A stretch of 64,000 nt of DNA from Clostridia bacterium (GTDB taxonomy: Bacteria; Bacillota; Clostridia; TANB77; CAG-508): positions 15,660-79,659 of the forward strand of contig JAFXGW010000009.1 of assembly GCA_017536685.1 (NCBI GenBank). The letters run 5' to 3'. Numbering within the stretch: position 1 is the stretch's first letter; each line of letters starts with the position of its first letter. Position numbers and translations under genes: made by a program. The notes under the pieces are model-generated. The model was not told the DNA's origin, did no database searches, and saw only the letters and a list, made by a program, of their open reading frames with translations. This document shows, piece after piece, positions 52,612-61,001 of this stretch.

Positions 52612-53515
52612 ATTCAAAAGACCTGGTAAAATATATTATTTTGATCCAGAAAATTTACAAATAGAAAAAGGCATGAATGTAATTGTTGATACTGCTATGG
52701 GAGAAGAATACGGTGAAGTGGTAATTGCAAGAAAAGAAGTTGAAGATAACGAAGTTACAGAGCCATTAAAGAAAATTGTTAGGATTGTTACTGAAAAAGA
52801 TGAAAAAATGCGTCTTCAAAATAAAGGAAAAGAAAAAGAAGCATTTAAAATTTGTTTGGAAAAAATAGAAGCTCATGGTTTACCTATGAAGCTTATTGAA
52901 GTTGAATATAAATATGATGGTTCTAAAGTCATTTTTTATTTTACAGCAGATAAAAGAATTGATTTTAGAGAACTTGTAAAAGATTTAGCAGCAATTTTCA
53001 GAACAAGAATAGAACTTCGTCAAATTGGTGTGAGAGATGAAGTAAAAAGATGCGGTGGAAATGGAATTTGTGGTAGAGAATTATGCTGTTGTTCATTTTT
53101 AGGAAATTTTGAAACAGTTTCAATAAAAATGGCAAAAGAGCAAAATATATCATTAAATCCTTCAAAAATTTCAGGAAATTGTGGCAGATTAATGTGTTGC
53201 TTAAAATATGAACAAGAAGTGTATGAAGAAAAATTAAGCAGATTGCCTAAAATAGGAGCAATAGTTAAAACTTCGGAAGGAACAGGTGAAGTTGCGTCTG
53301 TAGAAACTCTAAAAGAAGTTATTAGGGTTAAATATCAAGATGGTGATGAAATCTATTTTAAAAAACATGAAGCCAAAGATGTTGTAGTTATAAAAGATGC
53401 AGTTGTTGATGATGAAAAGCTTGAAGTTGAAAACGCTGAAGACTTAGAAGAATTAAGAAAGCTAGAAAGAATGGAAAGAGACGATAAAAAGAATACTACA
53501 CAAGATGATATTTAA
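52589..53515 (+). CDS. yaaT: PSP1-domain protein YaaT/RicT (stage 0 sporulation-associated)
   Basis: A GGGAGG RBS precedes the start, and the gene overlaps holB by 23 nt. The N-terminus is VTGVRFKRPGKIYYFD. The PSP1 core is KVIFYFTADKRIDFRELVKDLAAIFRTRIELRQIGVRDE. A Cys cluster (CGRELCCCSF...CGRLMCCLKYE) follows. Confidence 0.9.
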   Translation: MKIVTGVRFKRPGKIYYFDPENLQIEKGMNVIVDTAMGEEYGEVVIARKEVEDNEVTEPLKKIVRIVTEKDEKMRLQNKGKEKEAFKICLEKIEAHGLPMKLIEVEYKYDGSKVIFYFTADKRIDFRELVKDLAAIFRTRIELRQIGVRDEVKRCGGNGICGRELCCCSFLGNFETVSIKMAKEQNISLNPSKISGNCGRLMCCLKYEQEVYEEKLSRLPKIGAIVKTSEGTGEVASVETLKEVIRVKYQDGDEIYFKKHEAKDVVVIKDAVVDDEKLEVENAEDLEELRKLERMERDDKKNTTQDDI

Positions 53516-53684
53516 CTTGAGCGCAGAAAAAAATGAAATTTTTTATTAAAATAGCAATGATTATAGAATTTATTTATGTATAAGAATTGATAATTCGAAT
53601 TAAAAGATTTTCAAGAGAATTTTTGTGCCCAAAAAAGGATGTAAACTAAAGAATAAATTCATGATAACTTTGAGGGGAACTTAG

Positions 53685-54965
53685 ATGAAAACACTTGTAA
53701 CAAATGCTTATGTATTAGACATGGTAGGGGATATACCAAATGTTGAGAAAAAAGATATACTAATAGAAAACAATATAATAAAGAAAATTGAAAAAGATAT
53801 AGATAAAGAAATTGAAGTTGATGAAAAAATCAATGCCAAAAATATGTTGGTAATGCCAGGATTGATAAATACCCATACACATTTGGCCATGAGTATTTTT
53901 AGAGGATATAAAACTGATAAAAAATTGATGGATTGGCTTGAAAATGCAATCTTTCCAGTAGAAGATAAATTAAAACCTGAAGATATATATTGGAATTCGT
54001 ATCTTTCATGCTTAGAAATGATAAAATCAGGAACAACAACATGTAATGATATGTATTTTGGTATGAATAAAACTGTAGAAGCAATTAATGATACAGGTTT
54101 AAGAGCTGTTGTGGCTTGGTGTATAAAGGATGATTCTATAAAAGATAAAGTAGAACAAACTAGAGAATATGCAAAAAGGTATAACTCTAATGAAAATGGT
54201 AAAATTAGAATTTACGTTTCAGCAGATGCACCACATACGTGCAATCCAGATACAATAAAATTATGTGTTGATTTAGCTAAAGAATTGAATACAGGATTAC
54301 ATATTCACTTAGCAGAAACAATAGATGAAGAAACTAAGATAAAATCAAGATATGATAAAAGAAGTACAGAATATTTAAATGATTTAGATGTGTTTGATGT
54401 GCCGGTTGTTTTAGCACACGGAATTTATGTATCTGATAGTGATATAGAAATATTAAAAAAAATCAGGGGTGGAATATCTCATAATCCTATTAGTAATTGC
54501 AAATTATCATCAGGAATTTGTGACGTTGTAAAATTAAGAAAAAATGGAATAAATATAGGGCTTGGAACAGATGGAATTGGAAGTACAACAACAATGGATA
54601 TGTTTGAAGAAATGAAAACTGCAGCATACCTTCAAAAAGTAAATACGATGGAACCAAGTTCAATATCTGCATATGATATATTAAAAATGGCAACTATAGA
54701 AGGGGCTAAAGTTCTTGGAATGGAAGATGAAATTGGAACTTTGGAACCTGGAAAAAAAGCGGATATGATATTTATAAAAACCGATAAATTACATATGTGT
54801 CCTGCAAATGATGTATGTGCAAACTTAGTATATTCATCAAATGGAGCAGATGTTGAATCAGTTATGATTGATGGAAAAGTAATAATGCAAAATAGAAAAA
54901 TGCTTAACTTAGACGAAAAACAAGTAATGCGTCAAGTTAAGAAAATTGCAAAAAGACTATTATAA
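53685..54965 (+). CDS. mtaD: amidohydrolase, 5-methylthioadenosine/S-adenosylhomocysteine deaminase-like
   Basis: The metal-binding PGLINTHTHLAMSIFRGY is followed by MDWLENAIFPVE, HIHLAET, VLAHG and GLGTDG. These are typical of the MtaD / chlorohydrolase (ATZ/TRZ) subfamily. Confidence 0.8.
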   Translation: MKTLVTNAYVLDMVGDIPNVEKKDILIENNIIKKIEKDIDKEIEVDEKINAKNMLVMPGLINTHTHLAMSIFRGYKTDKKLMDWLENAIFPVEDKLKPEDIYWNSYLSCLEMIKSGTTTCNDMYFGMNKTVEAINDTGLRAVVAWCIKDDSIKDKVEQTREYAKRYNSNENGKIRIYVSADAPHTCNPDTIKLCVDLAKELNTGLHIHLAETIDEETKIKSRYDKRSTEYLNDLDVFDVPVVLAHGIYVSDSDIEILKKIRGGISHNPISNCKLSSGICDVVKLRKNGINIGLGTDGIGSTTTMDMFEEMKTAAYLQKVNTMEPSSISAYDILKMATIEGAKVLGMEDEIGTLEPGKKADMIFIKTDKLHMCPANDVCANLVYSSNGADVESVMIDGKVIMQNRKMLNLDEKQVMRQVKKIAKRLL

Positions 54966-55025
54966 TTCTATGAGAAATAGAAATACAATAGATAATAATG
55001 AAATTTATGAAAGGAGGCTTTTATT

Positions 55026-55196
55026 ATGGCATATAAAATTAACGAAAAATGCATTTCTTGTGGAGCATGTGCAGGAGCTTGCCCAATGAACTGTATTTCT
55101 CAAGGAGCAGATAAATATGTTATCGATCCAGCTACATGTATTGATTGCGGAACATGTGCAGGAGTTTGCCCAGTTGAAGCACCAGTAGCTGAATAA
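55026..55196 (+). CDS. 2x[4Fe-4S] clostridial-type ferredoxin (56 aa), absent from the ORF track
   Basis: My translation is MAYKINEKCISCGACAGACPMNCISQGADKYVIDPATCIDCGTCAGVCPVEAPVAE. It contains two CxxCxxCxxxCP motifs. A GGAGG RBS lies 8 nt upstream and a terminator lies downstream. Confidence 0.9.
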   Translation: MAYKINEKCISCGACAGACPMNCISQGADKYVIDPATCIDCGTCAGVCPVEAPVAE

Positions 55197-55219
55197 TTAA
55201 ATACATATCAAAAACTTTA

Positions 55220-55256
55220 AAATAATATTAGGTTTGGCCTAATATTATTTTTTTTA
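55220..55256 (+). terminator. rho-independent terminator after the ferredoxin gene
   Basis: AAATAATATTAGG, loop TTTGG, CCTAATATTATTT: a perfect 13-bp stem, followed by TTTTTT. Confidence 0.75.
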
Positions 55257-55258
55257 TA

Positions 55259-55287
55259 TTGACAAGAACAAATGTTTGTTGTATTAT
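55259..55287 (+). promoter_or_regulatory. sigma-A-like promoter of the XRE regulator gene
   Basis: TTGACA (55259-55264), a 17-bp spacer, then TATTAT (55282-55287). This element overlaps the track's TTG start at 55276, which argues that start is wrong. Confidence 0.5.
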
Positions 55288-55311
55288 AGGTTGAAATCAA
55301 ATTATGAAAGG

Positions 55312-55686
55312 ATGATATATGTGAATAATGTAAGTATTGATGTGCTTGAAGTAAATAACTATATAGTAAAACATAGAAGAGAATTTAATAAAGAGATTGG
55401 GAAAATGATAAAAGAGTGGAGATTAAAAAAGAAAATTTCAATAGAAGAAATGTCGTGTATGACATTTATGGCTCCATCATATATTAACCAATTAGAACGA
55501 GGTACTAATGGTATTAGCTTGAACAAATTTATATTAATATGTAATGCTTTAGAAATTAATTTAAAAGAAGTATTGGAAATTTATATTTACAAAAAACAAA
55601 CAAACGAAGATGTTTTGTATAGTAAACTGCAAGAGGGAAAATGTATTTCTGAAAATATATTAGAATATATAAAATGTAAAATGTAG
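55312..55686 (+). CDS. XRE-family helix-turn-helix transcriptional regulator
   Basis: The HTH motif is ISIEEMSCMTFMAPSYINQLERGTNGISLNKFILICNALEINL. I moved the start downstream of the predicted promoter to ATG 55312. GTG 55321 is an alternative, so the exact start is uncertain. Confidence 0.7.
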   Translation: MIYVNNVSIDVLEVNNYIVKHRREFNKEIGKMIKEWRLKKKISIEEMSCMTFMAPSYINQLERGTNGISLNKFILICNALEINLKEVLEIYIYKKQTNEDVLYSKLQEGKCISENILEYIKCKM

Positions 55687-55914
55687 ATTAAATTTATAGT
55701 ATGAAAATAAGGGAATAGTGATTTTAAAATTAAAATGAATTTGACGCTTTATTTTAATATTTAAAATATATATTTAACGAAAAGTGTGAATATAGAAAAT
55801 AATAAAATTTTAAGAGAAACAATCTATTTGAAATTTTTTATTTATATGATACAATAATAAAACAAAATATTTTGAGAGGAGAAAATCATAATTAATAATT
55901 ATGATAATTTAATA

Positions 55915-56469
55915 ATGAAAGAAGAATTTTTGAATTTATTAAGAAGTACAAATAGAGAAGGAATGGAAAAATTAATTGAATTTATAGAAAAAACCGATTT
56001 TTTTAAAGCACCAGCAAGTACAAGATTTCATGGAAATTATGAAGGTGGACTACTAGAACATAGTATGAAAGTTTATGAAATTTTAAAAGAAAAAGTAGAA
56101 AAATCGAGTTTTCCAATTGAAACCTCCACAGAGTCAATAATAATAATTGCTTTATTACATGATATTTGTAAAGTTAATTTTTATAAAGTTGATTATAGAA
56201 ATGCAAAAAATGAATTTGGTGAATGGGAAAAAGTTCCATATTATACTGTGGAAGATACAATTCCTTATGGTCATGGTGAAAAAAGCGTAATGATGCTTAC
56301 AGAATATATTAAACTTACAAGTGAAGAAAAATATTGTATTAGATGGCATATGGGATTTTCCGAACCCAAAGAATTGTATACAACGTTAGGTCAAGCTTAT
56401 AAAAAATATCCATTGGGATTATTAGTGTTTGAAGCTGATTTAGAAGCTACATATTTTTATAATATTTAA
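55915..56469 (+). CDS. HD-domain phosphohydrolase
   Basis: STRFHGNYEGGLLEHS and IIALLHDICK give the H...HD metal-binding motif. The length is 184 aa. No good RBS lies close to the ATG, so the start is uncertain. Confidence 0.7.
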   Translation: MKEEFLNLLRSTNREGMEKLIEFIEKTDFFKAPASTRFHGNYEGGLLEHSMKVYEILKEKVEKSSFPIETSTESIIIIALLHDICKVNFYKVDYRNAKNEFGEWEKVPYYTVEDTIPYGHGEKSVMMLTEYIKLTSEEKYCIRWHMGFSEPKELYTTLGQAYKKYPLGLLVFEADLEATYFYNI

Positions 56470-56552
56470 TATTCTGAACTGGTATTTTATCTTGATATAG
56501 AAATGTCAAAATGATATAATTTTTATGAAAAATAATAGGTTAGGTGTATTTT

Positions 56553-57308
56553 ATGGCAATAATAACAGTTTATGATTTGTTAGAAGTAAGTGAAGATGCT
56601 TCTAAAGAAGAAATAGAAAAATCATATTTATATTTAATAAATGAATATAAAACAGATCCAAGGAATCCGCAAGAAGTGAATAATGAAAATGAAATGATTT
56701 TAAAAAAAATGAAATTAGCATATGATATTTTAATTGATGATGAAAAAAGGAAAAAATATGATGCGGAACTTGCGAGAAAAAGAGCAGAAGAATTAATAAA
56801 AAATGTTACAGTGAGTTCTAGTGATTCAGAAGAAATTGATAAGAAAGTTGAAGAAAATATACCAGAAAATGAAATATCTAATGTGGAGCAAATACAACAT
56901 GATGAAATTGAAAAATACGAAGAAGATGATGATTATGAAGATGATACTACAAAAATAGAACTAACTGATAATGAAAAAAAGAAATTAAAAAAAGCTGCTG
57001 AAAAAGAATTTAAAAATAATTTGAAGAAAGTGCAAAAAGCGGAAGAAGAATATAATAGAGCATACAATGAAGCATATAATAATTATTTAAGAAAAATGGG
57101 ATATACGGTAAAAGAACCATGGACTTTAAAAAGACTAAAAAATTTAATCATAGGATTATTTGTAATAATTGTTGTTTGTATTTTAATATGGATATTGCCA
57201 CCAACAAAAAATTTATTAATAAGAATATACGAAGAAAACTTTATTATAAAATCGCTTATAGATATTATAGTTATGGTTTTTAATGCAATAATAAATACTT
57301 TTGTATAG
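56553..57308 (+). CDS. J-domain-like, C-terminally membrane-anchored protein
   Basis: The N-terminus TVYDLLEVSEDASKEEIEKSYLYLINEYKTDPRN...KLAYDILIDDEKRKKYD resembles a DnaJ J-domain, but TDP replaces HPD. An acidic/basic coiled region follows, then a TM segment (LIIGLFVIIVVCILIWIL). I took the start at the ATG 6 nt after AGGTG. Confidence 0.65.
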   Translation: MAIITVYDLLEVSEDASKEEIEKSYLYLINEYKTDPRNPQEVNNENEMILKKMKLAYDILIDDEKRKKYDAELARKRAEELIKNVTVSSSDSEEIDKKVEENIPENEISNVEQIQHDEIEKYEEDDDYEDDTTKIELTDNEKKKLKKAAEKEFKNNLKKVQKAEEEYNRAYNEAYNNYLRKMGYTVKEPWTLKRLKNLIIGLFVIIVVCILIWILPPTKNLLIRIYEENFIIKSLIDIIVMVFNAIINTFV

Positions 57309-57320
57309 AAGGCGGTGCAA

Positions 57321-59588
57321 ATGGTAAAAAAAAGTAATAACAATGAACAAAAAGAAAATTTCTTTTTTAATATTAGGTTAGTTATTTGTGGTATTGTTGC
57401 TACATTGGGTTTTATTATTGTAGCTGGACATTTAGCAATACTTCAATTTGTAGAAGGAAAAGAACTTAGTCAAAAAGCTTATAATCAGCAGATAGAAGAT
57501 CAAATAATTAGCCCCAATAGAGGCAAAATTTATGATACTAAAGGAGAAATATTGGCTCAAAGCATAGCAGTAGATACAATATCTCTAAATCCTGAATTTT
57601 TAACATATTCTAATAATAAAAAGGTTGAAGACGAAATAGTTGCCAAAGGTATGTCTGAAATTTTTGATATCACATATGAAAAGATGATGGAAGAACTTAG
57701 CAAAGATAAATCTGTTATAGTTATTGAAAAAAAAGTAGAAAAAGATAAAGTTGACAAATTGAAAAAATGGATGACAGAAAATAAAATTACTGCTGGGATT
57801 AATATAGATGAAGATTCAAAAAGATATTATCCGTATAACAATCTAGCATCTAATTTGATTGGTTTTTGTGGAACAGATAATTCAGGTCAAACTGGAATAG
57901 AAGAAAGATGGAATGATGTTCTAACAGGTGTGGCTGGAAAAATTGTAACTACTGTAGACGCATCGAGAAAAGCGATTTCTGATGAAAATGAACAATATGT
58001 AAGATCAGAAAATGGTAGCAATATTTATTTAACAATAGATACAACAATACAAGCAACTGCGGAAAAATATTTAAAGCAAGCAATGACAGAGAATTCAACA
58101 GCAACAGCTGGAAATGTACTTATAATGAATCCACAAACGGGTGAGATTTTAGCTATGGCTACGAGCCCAGATTATAACTTAAATGAGCCATCAAAATATA
58201 CCAGTACAGGATATACAGAAGATGCTTGGAAAGAGTTACAACCAACTGAAAAGAGTGCAGCACTTTTGAATGTTTGGAAAAATAAAGCTGTTTCAGGAAC
58301 ATATGAACCAGGTTCTACATTTAAACTTATTACAGCTGCTGTTGGAATTGAAGAAGGTTATGTTCAAACAGACACTGCAAATGACTTTAATTGTACAGGT
58401 TCATATATTGTTGCTATGGATAAAGAAGAACCAGTTGCTATTAGTTGTTGGAGAACAGTTCCACATGGTCCGCAAACATTAAGGTTGGCACTTCAAAATT
58501 CTTGTAACCCGGCGTTTATGCAATTAGGACAAAGAATAGGTGCAAGCACTTTGTATAAATATTTTCAAGCTTTTGGATTATTCGAACCAATAGGAAACAA
58601 TATAGCAAAAGCCTACAAAGGAACTTTTAATGATTTAGAGAATATGGGACCAGTAGAACTTGCAACTACTTCGTTTGGACAAAGATTTGAAATATCTCCT
58701 TTACAATTAGTAACTGCAATTTCAGCAATTTGCAATGATGGTAAATTAATTGAGCCTAAAATTGTAAAACAAATTGAAAATACAGATACAGGTAGTATAG
58801 AAGTTATAGAGAATGAAGTTGTAAGACAAGTGATTTCAAAAGAAACAGCAGATAAAGTAAAAAATATGATGTTATCTGTTGTAACAGATGGAACAGGAAA
58901 GAGAGCACAAGTTGCGGGGTACTCTATTGGTGGAAAAAGTGGTACATCAGAGCCGCGACCAGATAAAAAAGAAGAAGGATATGTTGCTTCTTTTATTGCA
59001 GCATCTCCAATTGAAAATATACAAGTAGTTGTTTTATTTGCGCTATATGGATTACAAGAAAGCGCAGATCATCAAGGTGGGCAAGTTACAGCTCCATATG
59101 TATCTCAGATCTTATCGGAAATTTTACCACAATTAGGAATTGAGTCAACAACTACTAGCGATACAAAACCACAGATTGATGAAAACTTAAGAACAGTACC
59201 TGATGTGAAAAATTCAACAGTAACTGAAGCCAAACAACAATTAGGAAATTTAGGATTTAATGTTATTTGTAATTCACCTCTAGATCCTGATACAACTTTG
59301 GTTGTTGATCAAGTACCAAAATACGGTATGGGATTATCAGAAGGCTCAATTGTTTGTTTATATACTTCAAATGAAGATGTAAGAAATAAAACAATTGTAC
59401 CGAATGTAAAAGATATGACACCAGAACAAGCAATAAATTCTTTAAGATCAAAAAATTTAAATGTTCAAATTGATGGAACTTCAGGAATTGTTGTGTCTCA
59501 AGAGCCAACTTATGAGACTGAAGTTGAAGAAGGAACTGTAGTTCATATTGTAATAAAAGATACCTTGACTGGTTCTCAATTATATTAA
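57321..59588 (+). CDS. class B penicillin-binding protein (PBP2B/SpoVD/FtsI family) with two C-terminal PASTA domains
   Basis: There is an N-terminal TM segment. The transpeptidase motifs are STFK (SxxK), SCN (SxN) and KSGT (KTG-like). Two PASTA-like repeats are present (VPDVKNSTVTEAKQQL..., VPNVKDMTPEQAINSL...). Confidence 0.85.
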   Translation: MVKKSNNNEQKENFFFNIRLVICGIVATLGFIIVAGHLAILQFVEGKELSQKAYNQQIEDQIISPNRGKIYDTKGEILAQSIAVDTISLNPEFLTYSNNKKVEDEIVAKGMSEIFDITYEKMMEELSKDKSVIVIEKKVEKDKVDKLKKWMTENKITAGINIDEDSKRYYPYNNLASNLIGFCGTDNSGQTGIEERWNDVLTGVAGKIVTTVDASRKAISDENEQYVRSENGSNIYLTIDTTIQATAEKYLKQAMTENSTATAGNVLIMNPQTGEILAMATSPDYNLNEPSKYTSTGYTEDAWKELQPTEKSAALLNVWKNKAVSGTYEPGSTFKLITAAVGIEEGYVQTDTANDFNCTGSYIVAMDKEEPVAISCWRTVPHGPQTLRLALQNSCNPAFMQLGQRIGASTLYKYFQAFGLFEPIGNNIAKAYKGTFNDLENMGPVELATTSFGQRFEISPLQLVTAISAICNDGKLIEPKIVKQIENTDTGSIEVIENEVVRQVISKETADKVKNMMLSVVTDGTGKRAQVAGYSIGGKSGTSEPRPDKKEEGYVASFIAASPIENIQVVVLFALYGLQESADHQGGQVTAPYVSQILSEILPQLGIESTTTSDTKPQIDENLRTVPDVKNSTVTEAKQQLGNLGFNVICNSPLDPDTTLVVDQVPKYGMGLSEGSIVCLYTSNEDVRNKTIVPNVKDMTPEQAINSLRSKNLNVQIDGTSGIVVSQEPTYETEVEEGTVVHIVIKDTLTGSQLY

Positions 59589-59644
59589 AAAATAAGAATA
59601 AAAGTAAATAAAAAACATACAATTGCTTTGAAAGAGGTGGTTGT

Positions 59645-60457
59645 ATGTTTTCTTTTTATAAAATGCAAGTTGCAGGAAGTGACTTTATAATAGTAGATTT
59701 TTTAGAAAGAAGATTAGAATATAGTTTTAAATTATTTTCTAAATATTTGTGTGATAGACACTTTGGAGTGGGTGGAGATGGGACTATATTCTTAGAAAAA
59801 AGCGAAATTGCAGATTTTAAAATAAAAATTTTTGATAAATTTGGCGAAGAAATAGAATTTTGCGTAAATGGAATTTTATGCATTGCCAAATATGTTTATG
59901 AAAACAAAGCTATAAATAAAACTCAATTTGATATTGAAACGAAATCAGAAATAGTAAAAATAGAAGTTCAGGATAGTTTAAGCGAAATTGAAGTTGATGT
60001 AGGAATTCCTAAATTTGATTTAGAAGATAGGTATAATAGTGAAGTAGATAATGCTTATTGCGATATGCTAGCTATAGAAAATTTGGATATACATATGATA
60101 TCGTTAGGTGAAATGTATTTAGTAATTTTTTCAGATAATATTTTTCGAATAAATATTGAACAAATATTAAAAAAACTTGAAGATTACAAATATTTTGGTG
60201 ATAATTGCAATATTGTATTTGCACAAATTGTTGATGAAGAAAATATAAAGGTAAGAAATTGGAAAAGAAATATAGGAGAAGTTCTTTCTAGTGGAACTGG
60301 AGCTTGTGCAGCAGCTGCTGTTGCAAATAAATATAAATCAATAAGTGGTACGGTAAATGTAAATTCATTAGGTGGAATACATAAAATTTTATGTGAAAAA
60401 AGTATAAAATTGAAAGGAAATGCAGAAAATGTTTTTTGGGGTAAGATAGTAATTTAA
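59645..60457 (+). CDS. dapF: diaminopimelate epimerase
   Basis: A GAGGTGG RBS precedes the start. The protein reads MQVAGSDFIIVD..., GVGGDG, with the first catalytic Cys region FCVNGILC and the second SSGTGACAAA. The length is 270 aa. Confidence 0.8.
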   Translation: MFSFYKMQVAGSDFIIVDFLERRLEYSFKLFSKYLCDRHFGVGGDGTIFLEKSEIADFKIKIFDKFGEEIEFCVNGILCIAKYVYENKAINKTQFDIETKSEIVKIEVQDSLSEIEVDVGIPKFDLEDRYNSEVDNAYCDMLAIENLDIHMISLGEMYLVIFSDNIFRINIEQILKKLEDYKYFGDNCNIVFAQIVDEENIKVRNWKRNIGEVLSSGTGACAAAAVANKYKSISGTVNVNSLGGIHKILCEKSIKLKGNAENVFWGKIVI

Positions 60458-60602
60458 TAGAGTTATTCATAATAACTGCTATTTTGATAGTTATTTTTTA
60501 TTAAAATAAATTATTATATAAGATGAAACGCCATCAATTTTCATGAGTTTTGCTCGATGAAATTAATGGCGTTTCGGACAAGCATTTGCCTTGTCAAATG
60601 GG

Positions 60603-60794
60603 TTAAAAAATCATTGCGATTATTTCGAAAATGATTAATATAGCTAATAAAGTTATCAGCCAACCTTTATGCCGAAACAAAAACTCAATGATGCAGAAAA
60701 GAATCGCCCAGATGGCCAGACATACCTTAAGAAGAAACGGTAAGGCGAATTTGAAAAACAGAAAGATGATAAGGATTGTTAATAAAAATTGCAT
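60603..60794 (-). CDS. small hydrophobic two-TM protein (63 aa)
   Basis: The minus-strand ORF reads MQFLLTILIIFLFFKFALPFLLKVCLAIWAILFCIIEFLFRHKGWLITLLAILIIFEIIAMIF. An AAGGGG RBS lies about 8 nt before this ATG. The overlapping + strand ORF (60631..60882) is basic and lacks an RBS. Coding status is unproven. Confidence 0.4.
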   Translation of the reverse strand: MQFLLTILIIFLFFKFALPFLLKVCLAIWAILFCIIEFLFRHKGWLITLLAILIIFEIIAMIF

Positions 60795-61001
60795 AAAGTT
60801 CACCCCTTGTATTGATTATATAATATATTATAACATATTTTTATGTAAAATAAAAGCATTTAAGAGAATAGGAGTTTTATAGAAATAGAGAATAAATTTT
60901 GAAGAAAAAATGTATAAATTTATTAAATTTTATATAGACATTTTTTTTAAATTCCTATATAATGAGAAAAAGATTATGAACTTTTAGGGGGCTGTAAAAA
61001 A

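Noticed and set aside
55276-55311. The TTG start at 55276 for the XRE regulator.
   Set aside because: It falls between the -35 and -10 elements of the best promoter (TTGACA-17-TATTAT at 55259-55287), so it would not be transcribed.
60631-60882. The + strand 83-aa basic ORF overlapping the small hydrophobic minus-strand ORF.
   Set aside because: It has no RBS and no recognisable fold or motif. The opposite-strand frame has an RBS and coherent TM helices. It is retained only as a possible antisense transcript in the findings.
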